DNA of 64,000 bases. It comes from Candidatus Hydrogenedentales bacterium (GTDB lineage Bacteria > Hydrogenedentota > Hydrogenedentia > Hydrogenedentales > JAEUWI01). The stretch's first letter is position 1; every line of letters starts with the position of its first letter. Under the pieces are notes generated by a model. That model was not told the origin of the DNA and did no database searches. It saw only the letters and a list, made by a program, of their open reading frames with translations. Positions 9,186 to 17,982 of the stretch are shown piece by piece. The position numbers and the translations under genes are program-made. Location of the stretch: positions 5,996,284 to 6,060,283 of the forward strand of contig OW818658.1 in the NCBI GenBank assembly GCA_942492815.1. The letters are read 5' to 3'.

Positions 9186-10820
9186 ATGCAGCCCATCCAA
9201 CGACGCGAATGGTGTTTCCCTCTGGCCTTGGCCGTCGCTTTCGCGGTATTCGGCTCCCTGCCCTACCTCTATGCAATGCGCGCGGAAGGCCCCACCGAAA
9301 CCTTCATGGGCTTCGTTGGCCGGGGCACCCCCGGCGCCAACAGCTATTTCGCCTTTTCGCGCCAGGTGGCCGAAGGTAGTGCCTTCACGACCAATTTGTA
9401 TAGCCCCCACGCCCCTTCCCGGGCCTACTTCAATCCCGAATGGTGGGTCATCGGGGCGGCAGCCCGGGCCACGGGCCTCTCCCTGACCACCCTATTCCAT
9501 GTGGAGCGCGTGATCGCGGCGTTCGCGTTTCTCCTGGCCGCTTACTACCTCTGTGCCGTCGTGTTGGCCACGTCGCGACACCGCCAACTCGCGCTCGCCC
9601 TGATCGCCTTCGGCGGCGGCTTCGGCTGGCTGGTGGAGAGCCTGAACGCCGTCTTTCACGGGAACCTGGCCGTACCTGTGGATACCCAGGGGGTTACCGT
9701 CTTCGCCTATCTCGTGAACAAGCCACACTTCATTCGCGCAGCGGCCTGCGCGGCCCTGCAATATGCCTGGCTCATCCGTGGCGCACAATCGGGCCGTTGG
9801 GGCTTCTTCTGCGCCGCCGGCTTGGCCGCCTCGGCCCACAGCCTCATCCGGCCCTACCAGATTCCCGAGTCCTGCCTCGTGCTACTCCTTTATGTCGTCG
9901 CCCGTTCACTCGAGAATCCAGGCGTACTCCGTCAAGCGATTGGCCAAGCGGGATGGACCGTCCTCGGACATCTCCCGGTGATCGGCTGGCACACCTGGAT
10001 CCTGCTGGACAATCCGCTGGGCCTCGGCCCCATGCTGGCCTGGCAGCCCATGCTTCTCCTGCCCCAAATGCTCTGGCTGGGGCTGCCCTTCTGCGCCGTC
10101 CTTGTTTATGCGGGTCTTCGGTGCATTCGGGGGCACTGGAGCCCAGAACTATCCATCCCCGTGCTATGGCTGGCCGCCGCCATGCTCCTGTTGCAGGCCC
10201 ACCCCTACTATCCCTGGGGCGTCGAAAGCTATTTCCCCTGGGTACTCGCACCGCCCCTGCTCTTCGTGAAGCACATCGTTCCCACTGCGGCGGACTGGCT
10301 CAAATCACGCCGCGCCGCAACGACCCTGCGGCCCCTCGCCGTGGTGCTGATGGGCGTCCTGGTGTTGCCCGGCAATGCCCTCAACTACGCTCGCTTCTTC
10401 ACCACCCTTCACGAGCCCGTGGCCCCCTGGCGCTACTACCTGGCCGACGACCTGCTGCAGGGACTGGACTGGCTGAAGAAAAACGCCGCGCCGGAGTCGG
10501 TGGTTCTCGCGAGCCACGACACGAGCCAATTCATCCCGCGCCTGGCGAACCTTCGGGTCGTTTCTGGTCAGGACGTGCTCACGGATCGCTACCGCGAGGC
10601 GAATGCCTCCGTCCTCCGCTTCTTCGTTACGCCCGGCGATGACGCTTTCAAGCAGGGGTTCTGCCGGGAACAGTCGGTGGCGTGGATGGTCCTCGGGCCT
10701 TTCGAAAAAGCCTTCGCGCTCCTGGATCCCGCCGACCACCCGTGGATGCGCCCGGAGTTCACCGATGGCGACGTCTCGATTTACCGCGTGGACCTGCCCC
10801 CTCAGAACGGCGGTAAATAA
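9186..10820 (+). CDS. polytopic integral membrane protein (~12 TM) with a C-terminal soluble domain; GT-C-fold glycosyltransferase-like (uncertain)
   Basis: 544 aa with many hydrophobic helices and a C-terminal ~130 aa hydrophilic domain. No DD/DE motif confirmed. Confidence 0.5.
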   Translation: MQPIQRREWCFPLALAVAFAVFGSLPYLYAMRAEGPTETFMGFVGRGTPGANSYFAFSRQVAEGSAFTTNLYSPHAPSRAYFNPEWWVIGAAARATGLSLTTLFHVERVIAAFAFLLAAYYLCAVVLATSRHRQLALALIAFGGGFGWLVESLNAVFHGNLAVPVDTQGVTVFAYLVNKPHFIRAAACAALQYAWLIRGAQSGRWGFFCAAGLAASAHSLIRPYQIPESCLVLLLYVVARSLENPGVLRQAIGQAGWTVLGHLPVIGWHTWILLDNPLGLGPMLAWQPMLLLPQMLWLGLPFCAVLVYAGLRCIRGHWSPELSIPVLWLAAAMLLLQAHPYYPWGVESYFPWVLAPPLLFVKHIVPTAADWLKSRRAATTLRPLAVVLMGVLVLPGNALNYARFFTTLHEPVAPWRYYLADDLLQGLDWLKKNAAPESVVLASHDTSQFIPRLANLRVVSGQDVLTDRYREANASVLRFFVTPGDDAFKQGFCREQSVAWMVLGPFEKAFALLDPADHPWMRPEFTDGDVSIYRVDLPPQNGGK

Positions 10821-10878
10821 GAAAGGCGCTGTCGCCCGGAGCGGCAACAGCGCCTTGAAAAGCTTCGGGATGGGTTAC

Positions 10879-11859
10879 CTACCAGCGGATGATCGCCGAG
10901 GCCCAGGTCAGGCCGCCACCAAAGGCCGCCAGCAGCACGGTGTCGCCTTCTTTGATCCGGCCTTCCTTGCGGGCCTCGTCGATGGCGATCGGGATGGATG
11001 CCGCGCTCGTGTTGGCCACCTTCATGACGTTGAGATAGATCTTATCGTCCGTCAGGCCCACGCGCTTTGCTGCGGAATCTATGATCCGCTTGTTCGCCTG
11101 GTGGGGGATGAAGAGGTCGATATCGTCGACCGTGAGACCAGTCTGCTCGAGCGCCACCTCAATGGCGTCGCCGAAGGCACCGATGGCGCGCTTGTACAGC
11201 TCGCGGCCGTTCATGCTCACGCCGCGCTCCACCGTGTTCACATTCTCAGGGGTGATGGGGGTGCGCGTGCCGCCGGAGGGCACGGAAAGAATATCGGCCG
11301 CGCTGCCGTCGGACCGGGTGTAGGTGGAGAGAATGCCGTGCTCGCCTTCGCTGGCGCGCAGCACCGCGGCCCCGGCACCGTCGCCGAAGAGTACCGCCGT
11401 GTCCCGCTTCTCCCAGTAGAGGTGGTCCGAAAGCTTTTCCGCGCCAATCACCAGAATGGTCTTGTGAACCCCGGCTCGGATCAGGGCGTCGGCATGCTGC
11501 AGCGCGTAGACAAAGCCCGAGCAGGCCGCGTTGAGATCGCTCGCACCGGCGCGGTTGGCACCCAGGTTGCTCTGGATAATGCAGGCGGAGGAGGGCATAT
11601 TATGATCGGGCGTAAGGGTGGCGCAGATGATATAGTCCACGTCTTCCGGCGCAACACCGCCGTCTTCAAGGGCCCGGCGTGCGGCCTCGGTTCCCAGATC
11701 GGACACGGCCTGTTCCGCCGAAGCGAAATACCGCTGTTCGATGCCGCTGCGCTGGCGGATCCACTCATCGGAAGTGTCCACGAACTTGGACAGATCGTCA
11801 TTGGTTACCAGCTTTTCCGGCAGGTAGTGCCCCGTGCCTACGATACGGGCATGTATCAT
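10879..11859 (-). CDS. fabH: 3-oxoacyl-[acyl-carrier-protein] synthase III (KAS III)
   Basis: 326 aa. Contains the active-site Cys region (NAACSGFVYAL), HQAN and AAFGGGLTWAS motifs. Full-length, classical FabH. Confidence 0.92.
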   Translation of the reverse strand: MIHARIVGTGHYLPEKLVTNDDLSKFVDTSDEWIRQRSGIEQRYFASAEQAVSDLGTEAARRALEDGGVAPEDVDYIICATLTPDHNMPSSACIIQSNLGANRAGASDLNAACSGFVYALQHADALIRAGVHKTILVIGAEKLSDHLYWEKRDTAVLFGDGAGAAVLRASEGEHGILSTYTRSDGSAADILSVPSGGTRTPITPENVNTVERGVSMNGRELYKRAIGAFGDAIEVALEQTGLTVDDIDLFIPHQANKRIIDSAAKRVGLTDDKIYLNVMKVANTSAASIPIAIDEARKEGRIKEGDTVLLAAFGGGLTWASAIIRW

Positions 11860-12178
11860 TGTAAAGCGTCTCCACGAACCTGATTGTTACCCCCGCATGG
11901 TGATCCAGATGCAGGTAAAGCGCCATAGGCGAGGAAACCGCTGCGGAAGGATGGGTAGGTCGCCGCTATTGTGTCATACCCAAGGCCCAAAAAGAAACTT
12001 TACGGCATTTTCGGACATGAAAAACCGCTTAAAACTTACCGCCCGGTAGGTACAAGTGGGACGCTTTTCGGCGACCCCTCCCCCCCAATCTCGCGCCGCA
12101 TTGATACCACCGCCTCCCGTCCTTTATCGTAGACTACAGATCGCTTTCTCGTGCGTGGCTGGCAGGCCCCCCGAGAAG

Positions 12179-12763
12179 ATGCGACGCTTCGACGCGACTT
12201 ACGGCACTCGCTTCGCCGCAGGAAAGGGACTGTCCACCGTGGAACAACTGCAATACCCCATCGGGCGCTTCGAAGCGCCCGTGCCTATCAACCTTCCCCA
12301 GGTCGCCCATTGGATCGAAGAAATCCGGACCCTGCCCGCGCGGCTCGAAGCCGCGGGGATCGGTCTGCAGGATCAGGATCTCGACACACCCTATCGCCCC
12401 GGCGGCTGGACCATCCGTCAGGTGGTACACCATCTGGCCGACAGTCACATGAATTCCTATATCCGCTTCAAACTCGCGCTCACGGAAGACAACCCCACGA
12501 TCAAACCGTACTTTGAAGATCGCTGGGCCGAGCTGCCCGACAGCGGCGGACCGATTGTCCACTCCCTCTCGCTAATCCACGCCCTGCACCGCAAATGGGT
12601 GCGCCTGATGTGGAGCCTTTCGGAAGATCAGCTCGCCCGTACCTTCCACCACCCCGAAGCGAACAAGGATTACCGGCTCGACTATGCCATCGGGCTCTAT
12701 GCGTGGCACGGAAATCACCACCTCGCCCATATTCTCTCGTTGCGGGAGCGCATGGGCTGGTAA
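12179..12763 (+). CDS. DinB/YfiT-family metal-dependent hydrolase/transferase; close match to bacillithiol S-transferase YfiT (BstA-like)
   Basis: DTPYRPGGWTIRQVVHHLADSHMNSYIRFKLALTE and LYAWHGNHHLAHI match the YfiT signature. Confidence 0.75.
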   Translation: MRRFDATYGTRFAAGKGLSTVEQLQYPIGRFEAPVPINLPQVAHWIEEIRTLPARLEAAGIGLQDQDLDTPYRPGGWTIRQVVHHLADSHMNSYIRFKLALTEDNPTIKPYFEDRWAELPDSGGPIVHSLSLIHALHRKWVRLMWSLSEDQLARTFHHPEANKDYRLDYAIGLYAWHGNHHLAHILSLRERMGW

Positions 12764-12787
12764 GGGATTGCAGGGACGTATCCAGCG

Positions 12788-12841
12788 CGAATGCCGGGTG
12801 CCACCTCAATCGAGCGACGCTCGTTTGGGTGCGTTGAGGGG
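12788..12841 (+). terminator. conserved gene-end motif: CGAATGCCSGGGTGCCACCTCAATC, then a GC hairpin, then GTTTGGGTGC
   Basis: Directly downstream of the YfiT stop. The same motif recurs at 22620 with a different but still palindromic hairpin sequence (covariation). T-rich tail. Confidence 0.4.
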
Positions 12842-13039
12842 CTTGGATCCGCATTCAACAACGAAGCTTTCAATCCGGCTTGTGGACCTCGGAAGGGTAA
12901 GGCGACTTGGACCCAAATCCATCAACCCATCCACAGGGACGGGCACGCGCGTTGACGGTCTCGCTGCGCGGTATAGACACCTGAAAACTACCGCAGAGCA
13001 TGTACACGGAAAAGCGGCGGGCGCGAGTCCGTCCCTTCC

Positions 13040-14419
13040 CTACGCCATCGCCGACAGCAGTTCGTAGTGGCGCTTTCGATAGCGCGCCAGGGTTTCGGCG
13101 TGGTCTGAGGCACCCGCAAGATTGTTTCTTTCCCATGGGTCATGACCCAAGTCGTACAATTCTTCCGCGCCGGGCGCGCCGTCGATCCAGCGGATATACT
13201 TCCAATCGCGCGAGATGACGCCCTCACTCCTGGGAATCTGGGGGTGCTTGAAGTGGTGATGGTAGAGACAATCGTCCCGCCATTCCAGGGGCTGGTCCTC
13301 CATCAAAGGTCGCAGGCTCCTGCCCTGCACGCGCTCCGGAATCGCGATGCCCGCGAAGTCCAGAATCGTTGGCGAGACGTCCAGTTCATTCACCAGGCGA
13401 TCCACGGTAACGCCTCGGCGCGTGGCGTCGGCCTGGGGGTTGAAAATGATCATGGGCACGCGGATGGAAAGTTCGTAGGCGTACCACTTGCCCTCCAGGC
13501 CGCGTTCGCCAAGGAAGTAGCCGTTGTCGCCCAGATAGACGATGACGGTGTTGTCGGCGGCACCGCAGCGGGCCAGGGTCTCGCGCAGGCGACCGATATA
13601 AGCGTCGATGCCGGTGATCGTGCGGTAGTAATTTTTCACCGACTCCTGGAAGCGCTCCGCACCGCCGAAGTTGTGCTTGAAGCGCCGGACGCCCTCGCTG
13701 TCCTGCAGGAAGGGCGGAAGCACTTCGAAACCACCCGCCTCCGAAGCGGCGGGATCGGGCACGTTCTGATCGGCGTAGAGCGATTGAAACTCGGGCGCGG
13801 GCTGATAAGGTTTCTCCGCGTAGTCCAGGGCGTGAGGCGATTGAAAGCCAAGGGAGACGCAGAAAGGGCGGCCCGCCGCGACTTCGGCCTCGATAAATCG
13901 CTCCGCCGCTTCGGTGTGGAGGTCATCGGCATGACGCGCGCCCGAATTGTCCTTCGGAAAATACAGGCCACCATGGGCCGGCGCCTGAACGACGTCAAAC
14001 GCGCCTTCGGCCGCGCCGTAGCCGTTCACGCCATGCTTCCCGAAGCACCCCGTGCGCCAGCCCGCCGCACGAAACTGATCCGGATAGCTCGCCTTCTGAT
14101 CTTCATCGCGAATGGCCGTGGCGAAATCGATCACACGGTGTCGCGCCGGGTGCATGCCCGTGAAGATACTCGCCCGGCTCGTGCAGCAGATTGCCGTGGT
14201 GACGCAGGCGTTGGTAAAGCGCACCCCCTCCGCCGCGAGGCGATCCAGATTGGGCGTCTGGAGAAAGGGATGGCCCGCGCAACCCAGCGCATCCGCGCGA
14301 TGGTCGTCGCCCACGATCACAACCACGTTCATGGGCCTGGGCTGGGCCGTGGCGGGTAATGCGGCCAAGGCGGCAGCGCCGCCGCACGCGGTTAAGAAAT
14401 GCCTTCTGGAAAACTGCAC
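13040..14419 (-). CDS. sulfatase (arylsulfatase family), TAT/Sec-secreted
   Basis: RRHFLTACGGAAALAALPATA twin-arginine signal. C-T-S-R-A-S formylglycine motif (CCTSRASIFTG). Sulfatase N-domain motifs are present. Confidence 0.85.
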   Translation of the reverse strand: MQFSRRHFLTACGGAAALAALPATAQPRPMNVVVIVGDDHRADALGCAGHPFLQTPNLDRLAAEGVRFTNACVTTAICCTSRASIFTGMHPARHRVIDFATAIRDEDQKASYPDQFRAAGWRTGCFGKHGVNGYGAAEGAFDVVQAPAHGGLYFPKDNSGARHADDLHTEAAERFIEAEVAAGRPFCVSLGFQSPHALDYAEKPYQPAPEFQSLYADQNVPDPAASEAGGFEVLPPFLQDSEGVRRFKHNFGGAERFQESVKNYYRTITGIDAYIGRLRETLARCGAADNTVIVYLGDNGYFLGERGLEGKWYAYELSIRVPMIIFNPQADATRRGVTVDRLVNELDVSPTILDFAGIAIPERVQGRSLRPLMEDQPLEWRDDCLYHHHFKHPQIPRSEGVISRDWKYIRWIDGAPGAEELYDLGHDPWERNNLAGASDHAETLARYRKRHYELLSAMA

Positions 14420-14455
14420 GGTTTTCTCCGTGGCGGCGCGACGGCCGCCGATTCT

Positions 14456-14516
14456 ATCGGACTGATCAGACTGATCGGACCGATCAGATCAGTCCAATCC
14501 GTCTGACCGGTCGGAT
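14456..14516. repeat. GATC-rich palindromic element (GATCAGAC(T/G)GATCGGACCGATC family), copy A; overlaps the stop of the downstream minus-strand gene
   Basis: ATCGGACTGATCAGACTGATCGGACCGATCAGATCAGTCCAATCCGTCTGACCGGTCGGAT. It encodes the C-terminal SDRSDGLD plus the stop of the 14489 gene. Confidence 0.85.
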
Positions 14517-16303
14517 AGGCTATATTGTTCTGGCACCACACCATCGCGCAGGCCGGCAAAGTATCCCGCCGCCGCCGCCATGGCTCCGCGACCGCATTCG
14601 CGCCCGATAGGACGGCTTGCCACGGTGTCTACCCGGGGGTGAACGCCACACATCAACCGCCCGAGCCCGCCATCGTCCGCGATATCCTGATAGGTCGCCC
14701 ATTGGAGGGTGACGGGTTCCGAAGGGGCCTCATCGAAAGGCAACTCCGTCACGATCCACTCCATCAAGCCGCCGGGCACGTAGACGTCCTCCGTATACGC
14801 CTCCATCACTTCCTTGAAGCTCCAGCCGAAGGCCGCATGTCCGGAAGTGTAACCCGGGAAAGGTGGCGTTACAAACGTCGGATGCTGATAGGGCATCCAG
14901 TCCTCCGGAAGCATCCAGCCCACGCCCGAATAGGGGCCACGCCACGCCTTGATCTTTACCCTGCCCACCTGCTCGCCCTCGGGCCCCGCGAGCGGGTCGT
15001 CCTCGCCGATTAACTCCACCACACCTTCGCGCAGGGGCAGTTGGTTGTACTGGCCGAGCCAGCGGATCGCTGTGATGGGGCGCACCCAGTCGTATTGGCG
15101 TTTCACGTCCCACACCGCGATCGCCGTGTCGTGCATGGCGCCGCCCAGTGCGAAGTAGAGCTTCACATCGTATTCGAGATCGTGATGCGCGGGCTTGTTG
15201 GCTGGTTGTGCGTTGACGAGGCCCCCGCCCGCCAGCACGTCGGTCGCGATCTCGAACCACCAGGGCCCCGGCATGTTGAAACGGTTCCCGTCGAGAAAGG
15301 CCGCCTGCGCCCGGTAGTAGTCGCCGCGCCGGACAAAGTTGTCGGCGTAGGCCTCGCCCGTGGCAGGATTCACGGGGTGCCCCGTGCCGTCGTCGGTGGG
15401 AAAAGGATTGTTTCCGCGAACACCCGGCGAGATGTTGATCAACTCGCTGCCCAGACCCTCGGCGGGATCGAGGGACGCGCTGTAGACCAGCACCTCCATA
15501 AAGTTGTCGACAAATTCCCCCATGGTGGCGCCGCCGAATTGAGGCGGCGCACCGGGGTCGATGCGGAGACCGGACTCGTCGTAGGGCGCGAGGGCGAAAG
15601 GCGTCACGAAACACCATTGGGGCGTGAGGAATGGTTGCACCTCGCCGTCCGGCATTCGGATAGGCTGCCAGGCATTGATATCCATGATGGCGGGCGTCCG
15701 GTAGTCCAGTTCCAGCGGCGGATTCACCGACTCGTAGCCACTGGTGTCCCTGTAGTCACCCGGTTCATTGGCCCCGTCGTCCTCGCAGAAATCCAGCACG
15801 ATCCGGGCAATTTTCGCGCCCAGCGCCTGCGCGGGGGATGGCCTGGGATTGCCCAGTTCGTCGAGATAGCCCAGCGTCCGCATGTGTACCCGAAAGGCGG
15901 CATAGGCCTCATAGCCCGATGTCCCCGGCGGGTCGTCCGCCAGCACCTTGAAACCCTCGCGCAGTACCGGGTACACCGCGTGACTCAGGGTCTCCGCGAC
16001 ATTCTCCAGGGTCTTCGGCCCGGCCTCGCCCTTCAGCCGCTTGCCGGTGAAATAGCCCGACGCCGTATCGTCGTAGACGGCCCAAGCCTCGTACATCGCC
16101 GCGCTCGCGTGCCACAGTTTGCGCGCCTCCACCGTGGGTCCCTGCGCCTCCGCACGCGTCGCTTCGAGCGCGAGACGCATCCAAGCCTGAGAGAGGTCGT
16201 TCAGCCGCGCCGCGCGCTCGACCCTGGGGCAGCCACTGAGGCCCGCCAGAAGCCCCAGGCCGATGCAGAGGACTCCGAGTCTGCGGGTAAGCGGGTATTG
16301 CAT
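14489..16303 (-). CDS. vanadium-dependent haloperoxidase / PAP2-superfamily-like lipoprotein
   Basis: PGYTSGHAAFGWSF and CGVHPRVD motifs are characteristic of vanadium haloperoxidase/acid phosphatase. Lipobox LAGLSGC. Start taken at MQYPL. Confidence 0.6.
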   Translation of the reverse strand: MQYPLTRRLGVLCIGLGLLAGLSGCPRVERAARLNDLSQAWMRLALEATRAEAQGPTVEARKLWHASAAMYEAWAVYDDTASGYFTGKRLKGEAGPKTLENVAETLSHAVYPVLREGFKVLADDPPGTSGYEAYAAFRVHMRTLGYLDELGNPRPSPAQALGAKIARIVLDFCEDDGANEPGDYRDTSGYESVNPPLELDYRTPAIMDINAWQPIRMPDGEVQPFLTPQWCFVTPFALAPYDESGLRIDPGAPPQFGGATMGEFVDNFMEVLVYSASLDPAEGLGSELINISPGVRGNNPFPTDDGTGHPVNPATGEAYADNFVRRGDYYRAQAAFLDGNRFNMPGPWWFEIATDVLAGGGLVNAQPANKPAHHDLEYDVKLYFALGGAMHDTAIAVWDVKRQYDWVRPITAIRWLGQYNQLPLREGVVELIGEDDPLAGPEGEQVGRVKIKAWRGPYSGVGWMLPEDWMPYQHPTFVTPPFPGYTSGHAAFGWSFKEVMEAYTEDVYVPGGLMEWIVTELPFDEAPSEPVTLQWATYQDIADDGGLGRLMCGVHPRVDTVASRPIGRECGRGAMAAAAGYFAGLRDGVVPEQYSLSDRSDGLD

Positions 16304-16400
16304 GTGTGGTCTCCTCGCCTTCGAAGCACCCGGCTTCAATCGAGGATACAATGTCGCGAGGGGGCCCATGGAGTCAAGAAGGAGACCGAATACGTCACGC

Positions 16401-17747
16401 TCAGGCCAGGCTGCACACCTGATTGCGACCGTGTCGTTTCGCGTCGTACATGGCCTTGTCCGTGAGGTTGATCAGGGCGGCGCTGTCCTGTTCGCCCGGC
16501 TTGTACTGGGAAAGACCGATGCTGCACGTCACCACGAGCGAGCGGGCGTTGGGAAAACGAAATTCCTGTTCGCCGATCTTTTCGCGCAGGCGGTTGCTGA
16601 AGAGTTCCGCCTTGTGCAGGTCGGTATTGATCAGCAGAATCATAAACTCCTCCCCGCCGTAGCGCCCGGCAATGTCGGGGCTGCGCACAGTCTGCTGGAG
16701 CGTGCGGGCTACGGAACGCAGCACGGTATCGCCCGCCTCGTGCCCATGGCAGTCGTTCAACTGCTTGAAGTGATCCAGGTCGAACATACACAGCGTCAGG
16801 GGCTGCTCATAGCGCCGCGCGCGGTTCAACTCGGTCTCCAGGGACTGCATGAGGTAGCGGCGGTTGAAGAGGCCGGTGAGCTCGTCCCGCGTGGCCATCT
16901 CTGCGAGGTGGCGGTGGGCGGACTGCAATTCCTGGCGCAACCGAACGCGCTCCAGCGCCGCGAGAATGCTCTGGATCAGGCGGTCCTGATTGAGCCCCAA
17001 CTTGGGCAGATAGTCGCAGGCGCCGCGGCGCACCGCCTGGGCAACGAGGTCTTCGCTGCCCTGGCCGGAAATGAGGATGAACGGGGGCAGCTCGATCTGG
17101 AGCGCCAGCCGGGTGAAGAGATCAAGTGAGGTGCCGTCGGGCAATTGATAGTCCGAAAGGATCAGGTCGAAGCGCGTCGCCAGCAAGGCCTTTTCGGCGC
17201 TGGCGCAATCCGTCGCGCGACCCAGATCCAACGTGGCGGACCAGGGCTCGAGCAGATCGCACACACTCGAAGCAAAGACGTCCTCGCCCTCCACGATCAA
17301 CACGCGGTAGCGGCCTTCCGGCACATCCATCGAGGTGGCTGAATTCACGGGAAGCAGGAGGTCCGCCTGCACGTGCTGGATCCGGTCAATGATCTGCTGC
17401 ACCTGTTTCGCGTGCATTTTCAACGCGGAGATTTTCGCACTGAGGGAGGGCGTGCATGAGGAGTCCGTTTCGAGATCGGCGCTGACGCGCAGCAACTCCA
17501 CCAGGGGCTGATCGAGCTCGGCGGTTGTGGCCCCCGCCATCTGCAGCACGACTTTCAGCCGCTCTTCTTCAATGCGCCGCTCCGTGGCCTCGGACATCTG
17601 TCCGCGAATCAGGGCAAGTTGGTTGGAGCGCAGGCCCAATTCGTGGGTCACGGCGGCAAGTCGCTGCTCCGTGCTCCGGAGCTTGCGCTCGTACACTTCC
17701 GTGCTTTCCCAAGTGTCCCGGGCATCTATACCACGGTGTTCTCGCAT
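16401..17747 (-). CDS. response-regulator receiver + GGDEF diguanylate cyclase with an N-terminal coiled coil
   Basis: REC domain (RVLIVEGEDV...DLILSDYQLPDGTSLDL). GGEEF active site; RYGGEEF. Confidence 0.88.
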   Translation of the reverse strand: MREHRGIDARDTWESTEVYERKLRSTEQRLAAVTHELGLRSNQLALIRGQMSEATERRIEEERLKVVLQMAGATTAELDQPLVELLRVSADLETDSSCTPSLSAKISALKMHAKQVQQIIDRIQHVQADLLLPVNSATSMDVPEGRYRVLIVEGEDVFASSVCDLLEPWSATLDLGRATDCASAEKALLATRFDLILSDYQLPDGTSLDLFTRLALQIELPPFILISGQGSEDLVAQAVRRGACDYLPKLGLNQDRLIQSILAALERVRLRQELQSAHRHLAEMATRDELTGLFNRRYLMQSLETELNRARRYEQPLTLCMFDLDHFKQLNDCHGHEAGDTVLRSVARTLQQTVRSPDIAGRYGGEEFMILLINTDLHKAELFSNRLREKIGEQEFRFPNARSLVVTCSIGLSQYKPGEQDSAALINLTDKAMYDAKRHGRNQVCSLA

Positions 17748-17982
17748 GTGCCGCCTAGCCGCACCCCGGATTCGGGTGCGCGTGCCCGCCGGACCCCTGC
17801 CAGGCCGACGAGTTTTTACCGTTCACTGAAAGCATTATACACGTATTCCTGAAAATAGGGGGGATACATTTGAATACCTTCCGACTTCAGCGTAAGAATA
17901 TATACCGTTTGACTTCTAACTGTTTTGTGGTACACTTGACCCATACCAGCGTGGTACCCTGTGGATTGAGGAGGCCCTTACC

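Noticed and set aside
13142-16465. 405-aa and 474-aa plus-strand ORFs antisense to the sulfatase and VHPO-like genes
   Set aside because: Arg-rich antisense artefacts. The minus-strand genes have signal peptides and family motifs.
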